Positions 1 through 13,835 of a stretch of DNA of 64,000 bases are shown piece after piece. Each line of letters opens with the position of its first letter. The first letter of the stretch is position 1. Source of the DNA: Eledone cirrhosa (taxonomy: Eukaryota); the NCBI GenBank assembly GCA_964016885.1, contig OZ024740.1, positions 103,974,001 to 104,038,000 of the forward strand, in the 5' to 3' direction. The notes under the pieces were generated by a model. The model saw nothing but the letters and a program-made list of their open reading frames with translations, was not told the DNA's origin and did not search any database. The position numbers were made by a program, and so were the translations under genes.

Positions 1-334
1 ATGACAGGTGATGTGAGTTTATAGTCAAGAAATAGATTATCAAGTCATTATAACAACAACAGACTAGATTAATCCTATTGTGTTATCTGGTTGAGGGGAA
101 GACAATTATTAAATAGGTTAAGAAAAGACTAGAAATTTAAAAAATGGCATTTCTGTTTCCACATGATTGTGCTGAGAGATTAGTTGTGAAGGCACCAACT
201 CCAACATAATGCTAATATTCTTACAAATAATTGATTATGAGATGTTTCACTTATGGATCCCCCTTTTTTTCTGTTAAGAAATAATAATTAATGCAAACAA
301 GCATCTAATATGTCTATTTGCCTTTTTTGCTATG

Positions 335-630
335 GATGCAGTCACTAAGTCCTGGGTTTAATCCCATTGAGTGGCATCTCAGACAAGTGTCATTTACTAT
401 AGCCTTGGGTCGACTGAAGCTACATGAATAAAATTGGATAGATTGAAACTGTTTGGAAGGCTGTTGGATCGACTATACCTTGTCACACACTGTACAATGT
501 AGAAACTTCCTGAAAATTACTTTAAGGGTACAGTTGTCGGTAGAATGCTCAGCCACTTACATGTTAATTTCACACGCAAGCTGTTCTATTGATTAAACAA
601 TAGGAACACTCATTGTTGAAACCAGCAAAG
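335..630 (+). mobile_element. Degenerate tRNA-derived SINE
   Basis: Decayed B-box (GGGTTTAATCCC) followed by a SINE body (..GACAAGTGTCATTTACTATAGCC..). Body resembles 27171-27290; the 3' part resembles the 38070-38388 SINE. Confidence 0.5.
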
Positions 631-1717
631 GTTCATTCCAAGTGACTTTTTAGCAATAAGACATTATACCAACACATCATGACAAGGTGAGTAGGTGTTG
701 AAATATGACTAACAAAAGTATATCTCCCCCCTCCCGCTCAGCTCCAATGGAATTTGAAAATGAGAAAATAATTATCTAAATGGCTTCATATTGTAATCTG
801 CACAAAAAAAAAAAAAAAAAAATTTGAAGTGTTATATTATGTAGCTTTACAATGGGAACATGAGATGCTGACAGAAGAGTGAAATAGCTGTGAAAATGGT
901 AAAAGAGTAATATTTGTCACTATTTGAATGTTTTTGTCCTACTATTATAAGCAGTAATATCTAATAGAAACTGAATTGCTATGTACCTATTTGTGTGAAC
1001 ATATTTCTAGTATATTTGCTTCCGTGTGAAACTAATTTTGTTTTTCCTATAAAGCATAAATTGCCGAAAATATATCACAATAACTTGCTAAAAATAGCAA
1101 TATAATTTTTTTTTTATTTTTCTTCATAATACTATCGATAACTGATAGTGGTGATAAAAAATTAATAACTTGCCAGCTTCAGTAAACTTTGAGATAGAGA
1201 AATGTAAACTGAAAAAAACTATCAAGCAAACAAATTGCATAAAATGCAGGTCCCTAATTTTTTGAGGTTATGGATTGATAGGAATAGTACAAAATGGGCG
1301 TTCCTTAATTTTTTATGGTTGGGAAATGATAGGAGTAGTACACAATGATATGTTCAAATAGAGATACAAATTTTACTAAGTTTCCATGTTAATATAGGTG
1401 GGTTAACATGCACAAAACTCAACATTTGAATATTTTGTGAGAATTTGTTTTTCAAGTTGATAATCCTTATTCAGCTATGAAACTGAGATGGAATATGTTA
1501 CAACAATAAGCATTTTAAAGCCATTTTCTATGCAGGGGTTAGCCATATGGGTCACAACGACAAATTTCTCCATTTTGCACTATCCTCTATATCTCTCCTG
1601 ACCAACTTTTCATTTCCTCTTCAATCATCTTTAGCCATGAGTAGAATGTTATACTAGAATAATGTAAGGAGCTGTGTCTTAACCGCAAGAACACAATGAC
1701 TTTGGTATGGTTTAAAT

Positions 1718-1898
1718 AATTGTTTCTACTTTTGGCACAAGGCCAGCAATTACCCAGTGCATTACTGGTACTTTATTTTATCGACCCCGTAAGGATGAAA
1801 GGCAAAGTTAACCTCGGCGGGATTTGAACTCAGATCGTAAGGGGACGTAACTATGCTGGACAGTATGTCCGACCCTCTACCGATACTGCCAATTCACC
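1718..1898 (-). mobile_element. tRNA-derived SINE with Deu/Nin-like core
   Basis: Reverse strand has A-box TGGCAGTATCGG, B-box GAGTTCAAATCC, core GCCTTTCATCCTTACGGGGTCGATAAAATAAAGTACCAG and tail GCTGGCCTTGTGCCAAAAGTAGAAAC. Many copies in the window. Confidence 0.8.
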
Positions 1899-3179
1899 AA
1901 TGTTACCTAGCACCTCAGTGAAGTATATAAATCTAAATAGTATTTGATAGAATACAAACAATATGTAACTTATAAAGAAACCTTAGATATGGTTTTCTAC
2001 AATAAACTAATCATGATGCCCCATGAAGAAGATGATATAGTACTTATACAGTTACTGCTATATTTACCAATGTACAAGTAGTTTAACTAGTATTTTACAC
2101 AATATACTAAATATACTTAAATTTAGAGACCATTCAAAGCCCATCAAGCAGAAAGATTGTAGTTTCATTTTGAGGTTTAAAAGCAAAATATTTCTGTATA
2201 ATTAGTGGCAACGTATTCTTCATCTTAGTGTTATAGTATTTTGTATGTTTTACAATTGACCGATAATAGAGACACATATTTACTGACTAGTAATACTGGT
2301 TAAACCTTCAAAGAAATCATTCAACTAAGAAACAGGTAAGGAATTAAAACTTTTGTAAATATCAACAAGAATTTTCAAAGTATATATATTCTGTTATAGG
2401 TAACCATTGTAGATTGACCAATGTTGAATATGTATTTTTATTGAAGTACATAGTTCTATTAAAAGAAATTTTGGCAACTATATAAACACACTAGTTTAAA
2501 GTATTTGAATCTTCTGATGTTGTTCAAATCATAGTGTTCAGAGGGAATTGCTATATACTACTTTGGGAATATGGATAAAGAATTTCCTGAAATTTTTTAT
2601 ATAAAGCAGTGTTGAAGTGAGCAACATGTAGCCCGATAGAGAACCACTAGTTTGGCCTCTTGAAAGACAGACATATATTTGTAACTTCAGCACAGGTGGT
2701 TTCAATCAAGAACTTGCCATCTCTATTAGCCCTTTTGATGAAAAACTGTCTGAAACTGCCCCTGGTTCGATCATACAAAACTGTCTGTTTTAGGCTGTTT
2801 CTGTAATTCCATCATAATTTAAAGCTTTTGTTAAATTATGCTCCAAACTCCAGGTTAATAATAAAACAGTTATATTACAAAATCATCTAAAATTCTTTAT
2901 TTAAAAAATTTATTTGAAAATCATTTGAAAATATAAGGGTGGTGTCCCAACAAGGCTTCAGCCGGATGGCTGGAACAGGTAAAAGAGTAGTATATTTTAG
3001 AAATATGGCAACAAAATAAAAGGAAAACTATATCTGATTTTGTTGTGTAGTTTGAAGCACTGATTGTTTAACTATTTATTGATGTTAGTTATAATAGTTG
3101 CTATATCTATTCTGTGTTATACTGGGGAAAAGTATGGAATGTCTTCAGGAATTTATCATTTGCATAACCATGTTGATTA

Positions 3180-4310
3180 CCGTATATACTCGCGTATAGG
3201 TCGCCCCGGCAGATAGGTCGCATAACCACTTTTCATTTAACAAATAGACTATTTGCCATTGACTCGCAGATAGGTCGCACTGAAATTTGGGTCGTCAAAC
3301 TACTATTTTTTATGATAATTGAAACTAATAATCTGTTAGCTTTCCATTACTTCACCATTGCGATATATACTCCAAACCATGTTTTATTTATAAAATAAAC
3401 ATTAACATCATCGAAATTTCGTCAATTCGAGATTACTGCGAGATAAAGCCTTTAAGCGTGAAAATTAACTCTTAATATAGTGAAACAACTTGAAATAACA
3501 CGTGTTTTTTAACGTTGAAAGTATAACAGATTTTTAGTGTATCAACATGGCTTCCCAAAGTAGCGAATACCGACTTTGAAGGTTTTACATGCGACGGCAT
3601 TCGAAATGAAAAAGAAACGATAATATTAGTGATTTATCTTCAAATGAATCAGACGTTTTTATTTCTGATGATGATAGTTACTTTGAAAGTGAAAGCAAAG
3701 ATCTGACGGACACCATTGAAAATATTACAGCAACGTGGTTGAAAGATACAACACCAATACATGTTCACACCTATTTCCAAATTCTTCTGCATAACCAACC
3801 ACCTTTAACTTGAAAACTGATAACTTTTTCTCTTACCGGAATTCATATTTCTCAATGAATTATAAAAAAAATTTCAACTATCAACTTTTCTCACTTGCTA
3901 ATTTTGAAAAGAAACACCACATGCAATAATCTGTTTCCTGTTAAAGTAAATACGTCACAATACGTGTTCATAGCAAAGCTAAGACAATGAAATCACATTT
4001 TAATTACCGGGTATGCATTTCTATGGATTTTAATGACATATGGTTCGGTCAGATAGAAAAAAATGTAAACACTACAAAGTTTTAGTAAAAAATTTAAAAT
4101 CAAGAAATATATGTATAAGAAGGTAGATATATGAAATTATTATGTTAAATAATAAAAAATATTAACAAAGTTATTTTTATAAATACCCATCGTTGATGGG
4201 TATTTATGAAAAATCATTGGTCAGTCTGATGCCGATCGGATAGGTCGCACCCCAAAAATTTATACTTATTTATCGTTAAAAAAGTGCGACCTATACGTAA
4301 GTATATATGG
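3180..4310. mobile_element. Non-autonomous Tc1/mariner (Tc2/pogo-like) DNA transposon, 1.13 kb
   Basis: TA|CCGTATATACTCGCGTATAGGTCGC ... GCGACCTATACGTAAGTATATATGG|TA: about 25-bp TIRs and a TA TSD. GATAGGTCGCA recurs subterminally at about 3212, 3269 and 4239. Confidence 0.9.
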
Positions 4311-4330
4311 TAATGCTGGGGCCATCACAG

Positions 4331-4576
4331 TCAGTTATTAGATGGCAGCGAATATATATAGTGAATAGTGCAACATGTACTGAACCTTAGGGCTAGATTC
4401 CAAGTTACAGATGATGGCTCTGACCACATTTCATTAATTACTTTGGTCTGAGAATAGACTTTAATAGAAGTGAGCCACTGTACAAAACTGTCAGATATGC
4501 TCAGCCTGTGCAAATTTTCCAAAAAAATCCCATGATCTACAGCATCAAATACTCGATTTAGCAGCAGAACATACAA
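4331..4576 (-). mobile_element. Decayed CR1/L2-type LINE reverse transcriptase fragment
   Basis: ORF contains FDAVDHGIFLENLHRLSISDSFVQWL...Q.KVIN..WS, resembling the AFD.V.H..LL.KL RT motif. Confidence 0.6.
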
Positions 4577-6375
4577 GTTAAAAATAAAGAAAAAATAATT
4601 GATTTTCTTTTTTCGTCGTCTAACAATTTTTAAGACGACTTTCTATTAATATTTTTATGATTTCCTTCTTCACTGTTGATTTGTGATTCTGTGACAGTGA
4701 GTCAGACTGAATATTATAGAAATAATGTTCAACATCAATAAGTTTGCATTTATCATTAAAACTAATGATCTCCAACATATACTGACCTTATTCAATTTAA
4801 ACTACAACCTATTTTAAAATCTACAAACAATAAAAGCAAAACAGAAAGAAAAGAGAAGAAAATTCATAATTGCCAGTTAAAATTTTACTGAAACTTTTCT
4901 TTCTTTGCATTCTTTATATTGTTGATTTTATTTTCAAGAATGGCACACATCAGAATAACTGTTAGTAGGTCTAAGTGACATCACATTTGGAGAAAGTTAA
5001 ATTATTAAAAGACAATACGATTTTGGCTGACATAGTGTACATATCGATATTTATGATGTCAATATATACACTTGATATGTGTATTTGTTGACTATGGAGT
5101 CATATTAATTTAATGTATAAATGCTGACTAGATGTATACATATTAACACAATTTCTATATAACATCTATCTTCTTCGTCATCATGACAGTTATCGTGTTT
5201 GCATATGATTACAGTCTTATTCTTTTACTAGTTTCAACCATACTAGAGCACCACTTTCAAGGGTTTTAGCTGATTATATCAATCCCAATACTTTGGTACT
5301 CATTTTATTGATCTCATGAGGAATACAAATTACAAAATCAACTAGTGGTGGGAACGAAGGTGAAATGAAATAACACAAGATTTTTTTTGTTTGATGTACT
5401 GATTACTTGTCAATTCACAGACATACAGATGCACACACATTCTAATAATTAGAATATCAAAAAGGTGTAGGTTATGAATAAATATGTATACAAAGTCACA
5501 TTTATAAGTTTAATAATTATTCCTGTTCTGCAACTAACAGCATCAGGTGATATGAATCTGTTTTAGTAAAAGGAGAAAAAGGATTTCAGGTGATTAGATT
5601 GACATTAGTATATTATTGAATATTAGCAGATATAGAATCCAAGGAATTGCTGTTGATTGGTGTCAGCAGCATTTAATCAATTGGAGAGTTGGAGAAATTT
5701 AATTGCCTGGAAGAATTTAGAATCTAATGCATTGGACCTTGCTATTTGTAAGAGAGTAATGAATAGAGAAAAAGTAATACTTTCAATTGAGCTGTAAGCA
5801 ATTTTTTCCTATAGTCATCATGAAAGACAAATTCCATTAGCTCAGTTATGATTTGAACTGAGAACAACAGTAAAGCACCAAATCTCTATAACAAAGTATC
5901 AATGTCTAAACATCATACAGTTCCTTGCACAATTTCCACAGCTCAGAGCCATCTGATTGCAGTATAATGTATTCTAGTGCAGCTACAGCAACATTAGAGT
6001 GACAAGCAGACCTTAATATAAAAAGTTTCATTAAAACAATTCAAGAGAAAAACAAGCTAAAATTAAATTTAGTTATTAATAGGTGCAATATTAAAGCTAA
6101 ATGTGAGTGTTTGTTTTGGCAACAACAAATAGCCGAAAAGTTGCACCACCATTAGTATTCTGAGATATTGTCTGTAGACATGATTGCTTTCTTTTTCAAG
6201 CCCATTCAGCTTAAGGCAGAATGAGAGGAGGAAATGATGGTGGTGGGGAACAGCATTTTTTAAAATTGAGTGTCCACTTCTCATCAGCAGTGGACACAGC
6301 TAAAACATTGTTTACATTGCTTGGATAGTCCTATATTATATGAATGGAGATAGCACATGATTGTTGGAATTTTAA

Positions 6376-6600
6376 CCCTTTTGTTACCATATTTCTAATG
6401 AAATACACAACCATTATGTTTCACTTAATTTGGGAAAGAAAAAAAATGAAAGCATTTAGTAGAATAGCTTTTTTTATGAGTAAGCTGGTGTTTGGAACAT
6501 TACTTAACAAAAAGTTATTACATAAATTATGAACATTAAAAACAAGCAGTTTTATATCATAGAATCAGGGGCAGCTTCAGGCAGCTTGGTATCAAAAGAG
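6376..6600. mobile_element. piggyBac-like MITE, about 230-250 bp family
   Basis: TTAA|CCCTTTTGTTACCA ... TGGTATCAAAAGAG|ATAA. Same family as ~12780-13023, ~16697-16945, 17626-18252 and 22279-22522. Confidence 0.75.
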
Positions 6601-7454
6601 ATAATTTAGACGACCTGAAGTCGGTCTGTATAATGCTGTCTGACCAGTTGCACAAATACAGAAATCTAAATTCAATACAGTCACAGTTATATTGAGTATG
6701 TTTCTGTGATGATTACATGTTTCTTTACAGTGAGTATGTGTTTTGTAGACAGTTCATCTATACAGCTCAATTGTAACAATGGCTACGATAGTGGTGATGG
6801 TTATGGATGCTGCTGAGGAGTCCCCAGTCTGCCCTGATTAAGAAAACACAGAGGAAAAAATAGGAGAGTAACTGTCATTTTTTTTATCAATGGCCTAACT
6901 GTCATTGACTATGGAATTATGATGTTTTAACATCTAGGACTCAAAACATGGTTTGTTATAAAGATGGTATGGGGTTTCTTAATTGTGATTTGGCTTCTAT
7001 ATTTTGTTGCAGCACTGTATTTAAGTTCTCTTTCCCATTGGCTTATGGTGTTGATAACATGGAACAGTGCATAACAGTGCTGCTTGAGAAGATCTATATT
7101 GAATGAGAATAGCCAATAAAATGTTTGCACACACATTCAATAGAACAAGCACTAAAAGTTCTAATCTGGTCTGGGAGAATATTACTTTCTCTCTATTGTT
7201 CTATATTTGATTACATAAGCTGCAAAGTGAAAGAACACACTACATCCACTTCGCAAAATTTGGGTTGTTTGATATGTAGCGTAGCAGTCAAGAAATACTG
7301 CAGCCAGATCACTATTTAGGTTGTCTATTATAATTGGAAGTTCTGACCAACAAAAACACAGTAGAAGGTAGAGTGAACATGATTAATAAGAGAATGCAGA
7401 TTTTGAGCTATCAACATCATGGAGTTGGTAATCCTATATAGATTTGAATGTACC

Positions 7455-7595
7455 AATGTGGCTGAGTCGTTAGAATGCTGGATATAATGCTTTGTAGTAT
7501 TCCTTCTAACTCTCAGTAATCTGAGTTCAAATACAGCTGAGGTCGACTTTAGCTTTCAGGGTTGATAAATAGAATACCAGTTCAATACTGGGGTG
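7455..7595 (+). mobile_element. tRNA-derived SINE (Deu/Nin-like core)
   Basis: TGGCTGAGTCG A-box, GAGTTCAAATAC B-box, GGTTGATAAATAGAATACCAG core. Confidence 0.65.
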
Positions 7596-8924
7596 TATTC
7601 TCTTTTTCTCAAAGAATCAGTTGTGTACCAACTTGGAGAGGAATGGGCTCAGGTATAAATACCCAATTAATGCTGCATGTTACAACAGCACCCCTACAAC
7701 TCTATCAGGGCTTGTGCATACATACAGATTTTAACAACTGATGTGGTTGGGAGGAGTCAAGTGTTTGTCATAAGTTATTAAATTACATAAACACGTAGTA
7801 CCTCTATGTCAAAGTTATCAACAATTTAAAACTGTAAAATGTGGATTTAAACACACTCAGTTTTTGCCAGAGAGTGGGGTATGACAAATTAAATTGATCC
7901 ATATATCTTTCTTGAATGAGTGAAGCACAAGGAACAAGGACAGTGCCTATGATATTTGCAGGTACTTACACACTGGTGAGATTGATGCAGATTATGGATA
8001 GGAAGAATTCCAGATTGAAACATTCTGAAGAGGAAGTATTTCATGCAGAATCTCGGGAGGTGAGATGAGTAGGTCATAAGGTAATCAATTCAAGCAGAAT
8101 AATAATTCAGTGTGTACAACCCCCCCCCCCCCCCTCCCTATCATTTCTAATACTTTTATTCTGTAAGTATAATATCAACAATAACCTTTTCATGTAACAC
8201 AAATCTGTTAGCTTCTTTGAATATCTTAGGAACATAGACACACAAACATTCTATTCATGTCACCTAACACAAAACATTAGATGTGAACACCAATCCTAAA
8301 GTAGCAATGATAGGACAGATACTGCATTGTATTCATCATAATCTGTGGTATAAAGATAGTTTTATATAACATATAGTGATATGGTGTCAATTATTTCATA
8401 CACCATACAACAACAAAAGTTGGCTGGTTTCATATAGCAGCCTCACCATCTATGTGGCTGTAAACTTCATAAGAACATATTAACACTAGAATAAACAAAA
8501 AACACCTAGAAGGTATACAGGGTGATTGACCCTGCAGTTGAAGAGACAATTTCTAAATAGCAGTTCTGTCAAAAACACAGACACAGCAACTAATAAAACA
8601 TAATATTCACTCATTTGAGAACATTGGACAGAATGTGTTGAAAATAGTGTTTAATAGACAAAGGATATTATGTTGTAAGTGTCTAATAAATACAACTACT
8701 TTAATGGATCACAGGCACTGAAATTGTTTGGTATTCATACCATTCTCAAGGTCACTAGTGATACAATGAAAATTATTACAATGATGAATTTAAAGGACAT
8801 CATAGACTGGATGAGGCAGAAGCTGACCATAACTCTATTTTCTACAATTTAGCTCACATGGTTGCTCAACCAGCAAGAAATTGCAGTCTGAATATTTTCA
8901 AATAATAACCTACCAAATTAAAAA

Positions 8925-10662
8925 AATGATTAAATATCAAGATAAACTGTGTTAGAAATGACGCTGGTGCACTTAGCACCAAAGGAAAGGGGCCTTGAAA
9001 TGTTACTATGAGAGACTGATGAATGTAGAGAATAAATGTGAGGAAGAGAGACTGCCAACAGAAGGACCAGCTATTGAAGTTGACAGTTATAGGGTCAAAG
9101 ATGCAATCAAAGAGATGAAGAATGGTAATGTGCAGGACCATCAGAGATAGTTGCTGAGATGCTAAAATGATTGGGAAAAATAAGAGTCAAATTAGTAACC
9201 CACATAGTCAATCAAGTAATACAGGACGAAGTCATACCCAATGACTGGTACAACAGTACAATTATAAATTGCTACCAGGATAAAGGTGATGCTCCAGAAA
9301 GTAGCAACCACAGAGGAATAAAACTAATGGACCGAGTTGGAAAGAGTTACAGTGCAACTAATTAGGGAAAAGAGTCAAATTATATGAGATGCAGTTTGGT
9401 TTCATGCTTGAGAAAAGTACTACAAATGTCCTCTTCTTAGTGAGGCAACTGCAAAAGAAGTTCCTATCCAAGAATAAGCCACTATATTTCGCTTTTGTTT
9501 ATCTAGAAAAGGCCTATGACAGAGTACCTCGATCCATTATCTGGTCGTCCCTAAGGAAATTAGGTGTAGAAAAATGGCTTGGGTGAACAAAGCAAGCCAT
9601 GTACAGAGGAACTGTCAGTAAAGTGAGAGTAGGAAGTGAGTTTAGTGAGGAATTTAAAGTATAGGTAGGAGTTCATCAAGGTTTGGTTCTCAGCTCACTG
9701 CAGTTCATCATAGTTTTGGCTGAGTTTACTCTCAGACCCTTTGCTTCCAAATTCTGTTTCCATAGTCAGAACTTATTTTCTCGTTCTCTTATGGATTCGA
9801 CTACCGACTACAAGGACCAAATCATCTGCATAGAGAAGTTCCATGGTCAGCCAGTGTTAAACTCCTCTGTTATGGCCTGGAGAACTATGATGAACTGCAG
9901 TGAGCTGAGAACCAAACCTTGATGAATCTACATATAGAGAAGTAGCCATGCTCTATATGTAGAAAAGGAGTAGGCATAAACTCAGTGTAACACTTTAAAT
10001 ATTGGGTACACAAGACATGTAGTGAGATAATAGTAGATTAACAGGAAAGGAAGACTTTATATGTAGAAGATGCACAGGGATAATCAAGGAGAAGTTTAAA
10101 AGCTACTCATACTGTTGACAACAGAAGGTTTCTCCCTATGTTCAAAAGGATGACTGTATTTTACCTGTATACAAAGTGCAACAGTGCATAGTAGTAAAAC
10201 ATGGACAGTGACTGCAGAAGACGTGCTTAGACTGGAGAGAAATGAAGTGACCATATTATATTGGATGTGCAATGTAAATGTGAGAAAAAGGCACAGCTTG
10301 GATGAATTAAGGGAGAAGCTGGGTTTAAGCGGAATCCAAGGTGGTGTGCAAGAGAGAAGACTGTGTTGGTATGGACATGTGATCATCATCATCATCATCA
10401 TCATTTTACGTCCGCTTTTCCCTGCTTGCAAGGGTGGGACGGGAACTGATTCTGGCTGTGCATGGATAATGATAAATGGGTGAAGAGGTGCCAGGAAATG
10501 CCAGTGGAGGTAGACCTGGGAAGATGTGGTGAGAGCTTACCTCAAATCACTGAGACTCATAGAGGAGATGACAAAGGAGCACAGTGAGTGGAGAGATGCT
10601 GTGCTGAAAAGAATCCATCCAACCCATGCAAGTGTGGGAAAACGAATGTAAAAATGATGATG
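8925..10662 (+). mobile_element. Old, frameshifted RTE LINE with internal inversion
   Basis: Fragment ORFs (MQFGFM..KSTT, AYDRVPRSIIW, ERNEVTILYWMCN..WYGHV) are homologous to the 704-aa ORF. Ends in the family 3' tail CCAACCCATGCAAGTGTGGAAAACGAATGTAAAATGATGATG. Confidence 0.9.
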
Positions 10663-11940
10663 AAACTAAGAATGGATATAATATGTCATAAAGGAAGGCC
10701 AGATTGTCATGGTTCATGGCTAAAATACCGGTCAGATAATGGATTTTGAATGCATAAAAATCTCTCAGTGTATGCAAATAGCAATAAAGAATGTCAGAAG
10801 CTACAATTGTACACAAAGCTGGCCCTAAAACATCTACAAAAGTGTCATATAGAGTCTTAAATATATACTCATCTAAACACCACCAAACAACAGCATTTAC
10901 AAATAATCCGGAAAAACTATAACACTAAAAGCAATAAGAAAAAGGATAAAAACAGGAAGTGCTATTATCTCCTGTCCTAATATCACATTCCCCAAAATAA
11001 TACATTTAAAAATAAATGTTTCACACACAAAAATAAACCTTGTATCCATAACACATGAAAATTCTAAAAATTCTGCAATATAATGCTCATGGCATTAAAA
11101 CATCTTTATGGAACTATAAGATTTTGCCAACATGACCTTCATGTAATAACAATCTTAGGACCAGAACACTGGACAGTCACCATTCCACAACACTGAACAA
11201 TCACCATTCAAAACAGACTGATATTGTTATAACCACAACACTAAACAGTCACCATTCCAAAATAGAGTGACACTGTTATAACCACAACACTGAACAGCTA
11301 AGAAGACTCAAACAAGGTTAGACAGACCTTTTTCAAATATAAAAAAAAAAATACCCCAAATGACATTCATAAACAAATAGAGAATGACAGGAAACCAAAA
11401 TAAAAACTAATATATACATTAATATAACATACATATGGAAAGGTGGACTTAAAATTATAATGGTGGTGATGATTACACAAATACACACATATATGTATAT
11501 ATTACAACCAGCAGCATTAGCTGTCTCAGCAACCACAGAATGTCTAAACTCTCACAAACACTGTAATTGGAAGAGACTTCAATGTGCTCAACAACGAGTT
11601 TTTGAAAAGTACAGACAACAAATATCATCTCAACTAGACTCCCTTTATTCCTTAAATATTCCACACCAACAGATATCTCACCAAGCTGCTTTCAACAACT
11701 CTTCCTTAGACACTCTCTTCAGTTCAGTTTCACACACCCATCTATACAAACCACTTGGCAAATAATTCCCCACCTTTCCTCAGACCACCCACTAATTATT
11801 CTTACAATATCAAAGACCATCAAGGAAAATGCCAAAAACACTTTTACACATTTCAAAACAGTACAATGAAGCAAGAAATACAATTAAGATTTTCAGAGTT
11901 CTACAAGACCACAACACCAGCATAGATACTGTAATACATG

Positions 11941-12120
11941 CATCATCATCATCATATGCTTGTTTTTATTGCTAGCATACGTTGGAAGAGTTGTGATGGT
12001 TTAAAACTGGTCTCAGCAATATGCACCATTTTCAGCATGATTTCTACAACTGGATGCCTTTCCTAATGCCAACTACTCTATAAAGTAGACTGCTTACATT
12101 TTATCATGGCAGCACTAGAG
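11941..12120 (-). mobile_element. Short element sharing the RTE 3' tail
   Basis: (CAT)n tail plus TTTCTACAACTGGATGCCTTTCCTAATGCCAAC, matching the RTE 3' UTR. Confidence 0.6.
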
Positions 12121-12779
12121 AATTTAAGCCCCCAACAAGACTAAAGAGTCCTTTCAACCTTACATTATTTCAGATTGGTTGCTACACTGTCTCAGTTCGA
12201 TTGCTACATTGTTAAATACATTCTAAATACACATTCTAAAAATATCTTACATGCAGCCAAGGCAAACATGAGAGGGAGGGGGGGGGGATGCAACATCAAC
12301 AGTGTCACTAGCACCCAAACATCATGCTAGGGTGCAAACAAGAAATAGTATGTGCTCTGAATCCACAACCAGAATCTAGATGATGCAGAAAGTGTACTAT
12401 GTCTAGACTGTTACACTAAATCCCATACAATTTATTGCTGCATGTCAGAATATGCAATATGGTCTTTAGTTAGATGGAAACAAGGTATAACCAAGAAGAT
12501 GGATCTGTTGGTCATATACCTTGTGCAGCAAACTACCTTGATCAGAGCTGACCTGGAGTTACACGGCAATAATATAACCTAATATTTATAAACTTTAAAT
12601 CTTCAAGAAAAATTCAAAGGAAAAAAAATACATAATTTTTTTTTTATATGTGGAATTTATAAAATTTCTTACAACACTAAAAAACACAAGATGATATAGA
12701 ATGGAATAATTGACAAACTTAATACCATATTGAGGTGGAGAAGAAAGTAACTTTGACATGGGATTTCCAACTGGATGTT

Positions 12780-13023
12780 TGACTATTTTCTTTACACTAT
12801 TTCTAGTGAAATATTACAATGCCTATGATTTTCAATTAATTTTGAAAATAATCAAGAATTTCTTTGGAATTTAGTAAACTAACTAACTCATTCATTTTAA
12901 AGCAGATATTTGAAATGCAATAAGCTTTTCTCAAATAAAATTATGATTGGAAGGTTTCAATATAAATATGAACACTTTAAAACAAATAACTTTGTATCAT
13001 ACAACTATTTTGTTATCAGAAGG
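12780..13023. mobile_element. piggyBac-like MITE copy (decayed)
   Basis: Internal similarity to 6376-6600 and 22279-22522; ends TTATCAGAAGG|TTAA. Confidence 0.6.
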
Positions 13024-13724
13024 TTAATATATATCATAGTTAGTGGTTCAAATTCAATTTGAAACATCGACAATTCAATCTTTGGGAAACAGAGCTGTGA
13101 TACACATAGGACATTTATAAAACAACAATTAGTTACTAACGGGGTTTATTGGAAACTGTAGAAAAATATCTTTGGTAAGACTTTCTCATCCAGCTTCCCT
13201 GTTAAGGTTGAAAGAAAAAAAAGAAAAAAAAAAGGGAGAAAAACTGATAAAGTTTTTGATAATAATCAGTAGAAAACTGAAAGACAATTTTAATAAGAGA
13301 TAGAAAAAAGATAAGAAAAATAATTTGAAAGATTAACTTGCTACATTTTATATCTTGACAGATGGAATCGGGATTAAAATATCTGTCTGTGACTGGAAAT
13401 CTGATAATTTTGTAAGAATCTAGCAGTGATATTTTTGACTTAACACATTTAATTATTGGATTTATCAAAATGTGTGTAGTGGAGGTGATGATGTTGACAA
13501 TGATGACAAAGACAACAACAATCATGATTATTATTCTTTTTTTCTCTTTTGTTTGAATGTACATTTTCTAATTCCAAAATTCCAAGTAACATTTTTTTAC
13601 TTGTAATTTTAATGTTTGTAATATGAAAATAAAGGAATTTAACAGGAATATGAATGATGAGGGATTATTATTATTTTGGATGCTGCATTAGGGATGTTGG
13701 CAGAATGGATAAACTTGATAACTA

Positions 13725-13835
<111 letters not shown>

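Noticed and set aside
1535-1560. Minus-strand GAC CCA TAT GGC (DPYG), resembling the next CaMKII exon
   Set aside because: Immediately followed by TAA, with no FAGTPGYLSPE upstream. The next exon was not found and is probably outside the window.
10690-11930. A/C-rich stretch with a 101-aa ORF
   Set aside because: No recognisable domain or splice support; probably a decayed retroelement that I cannot classify.
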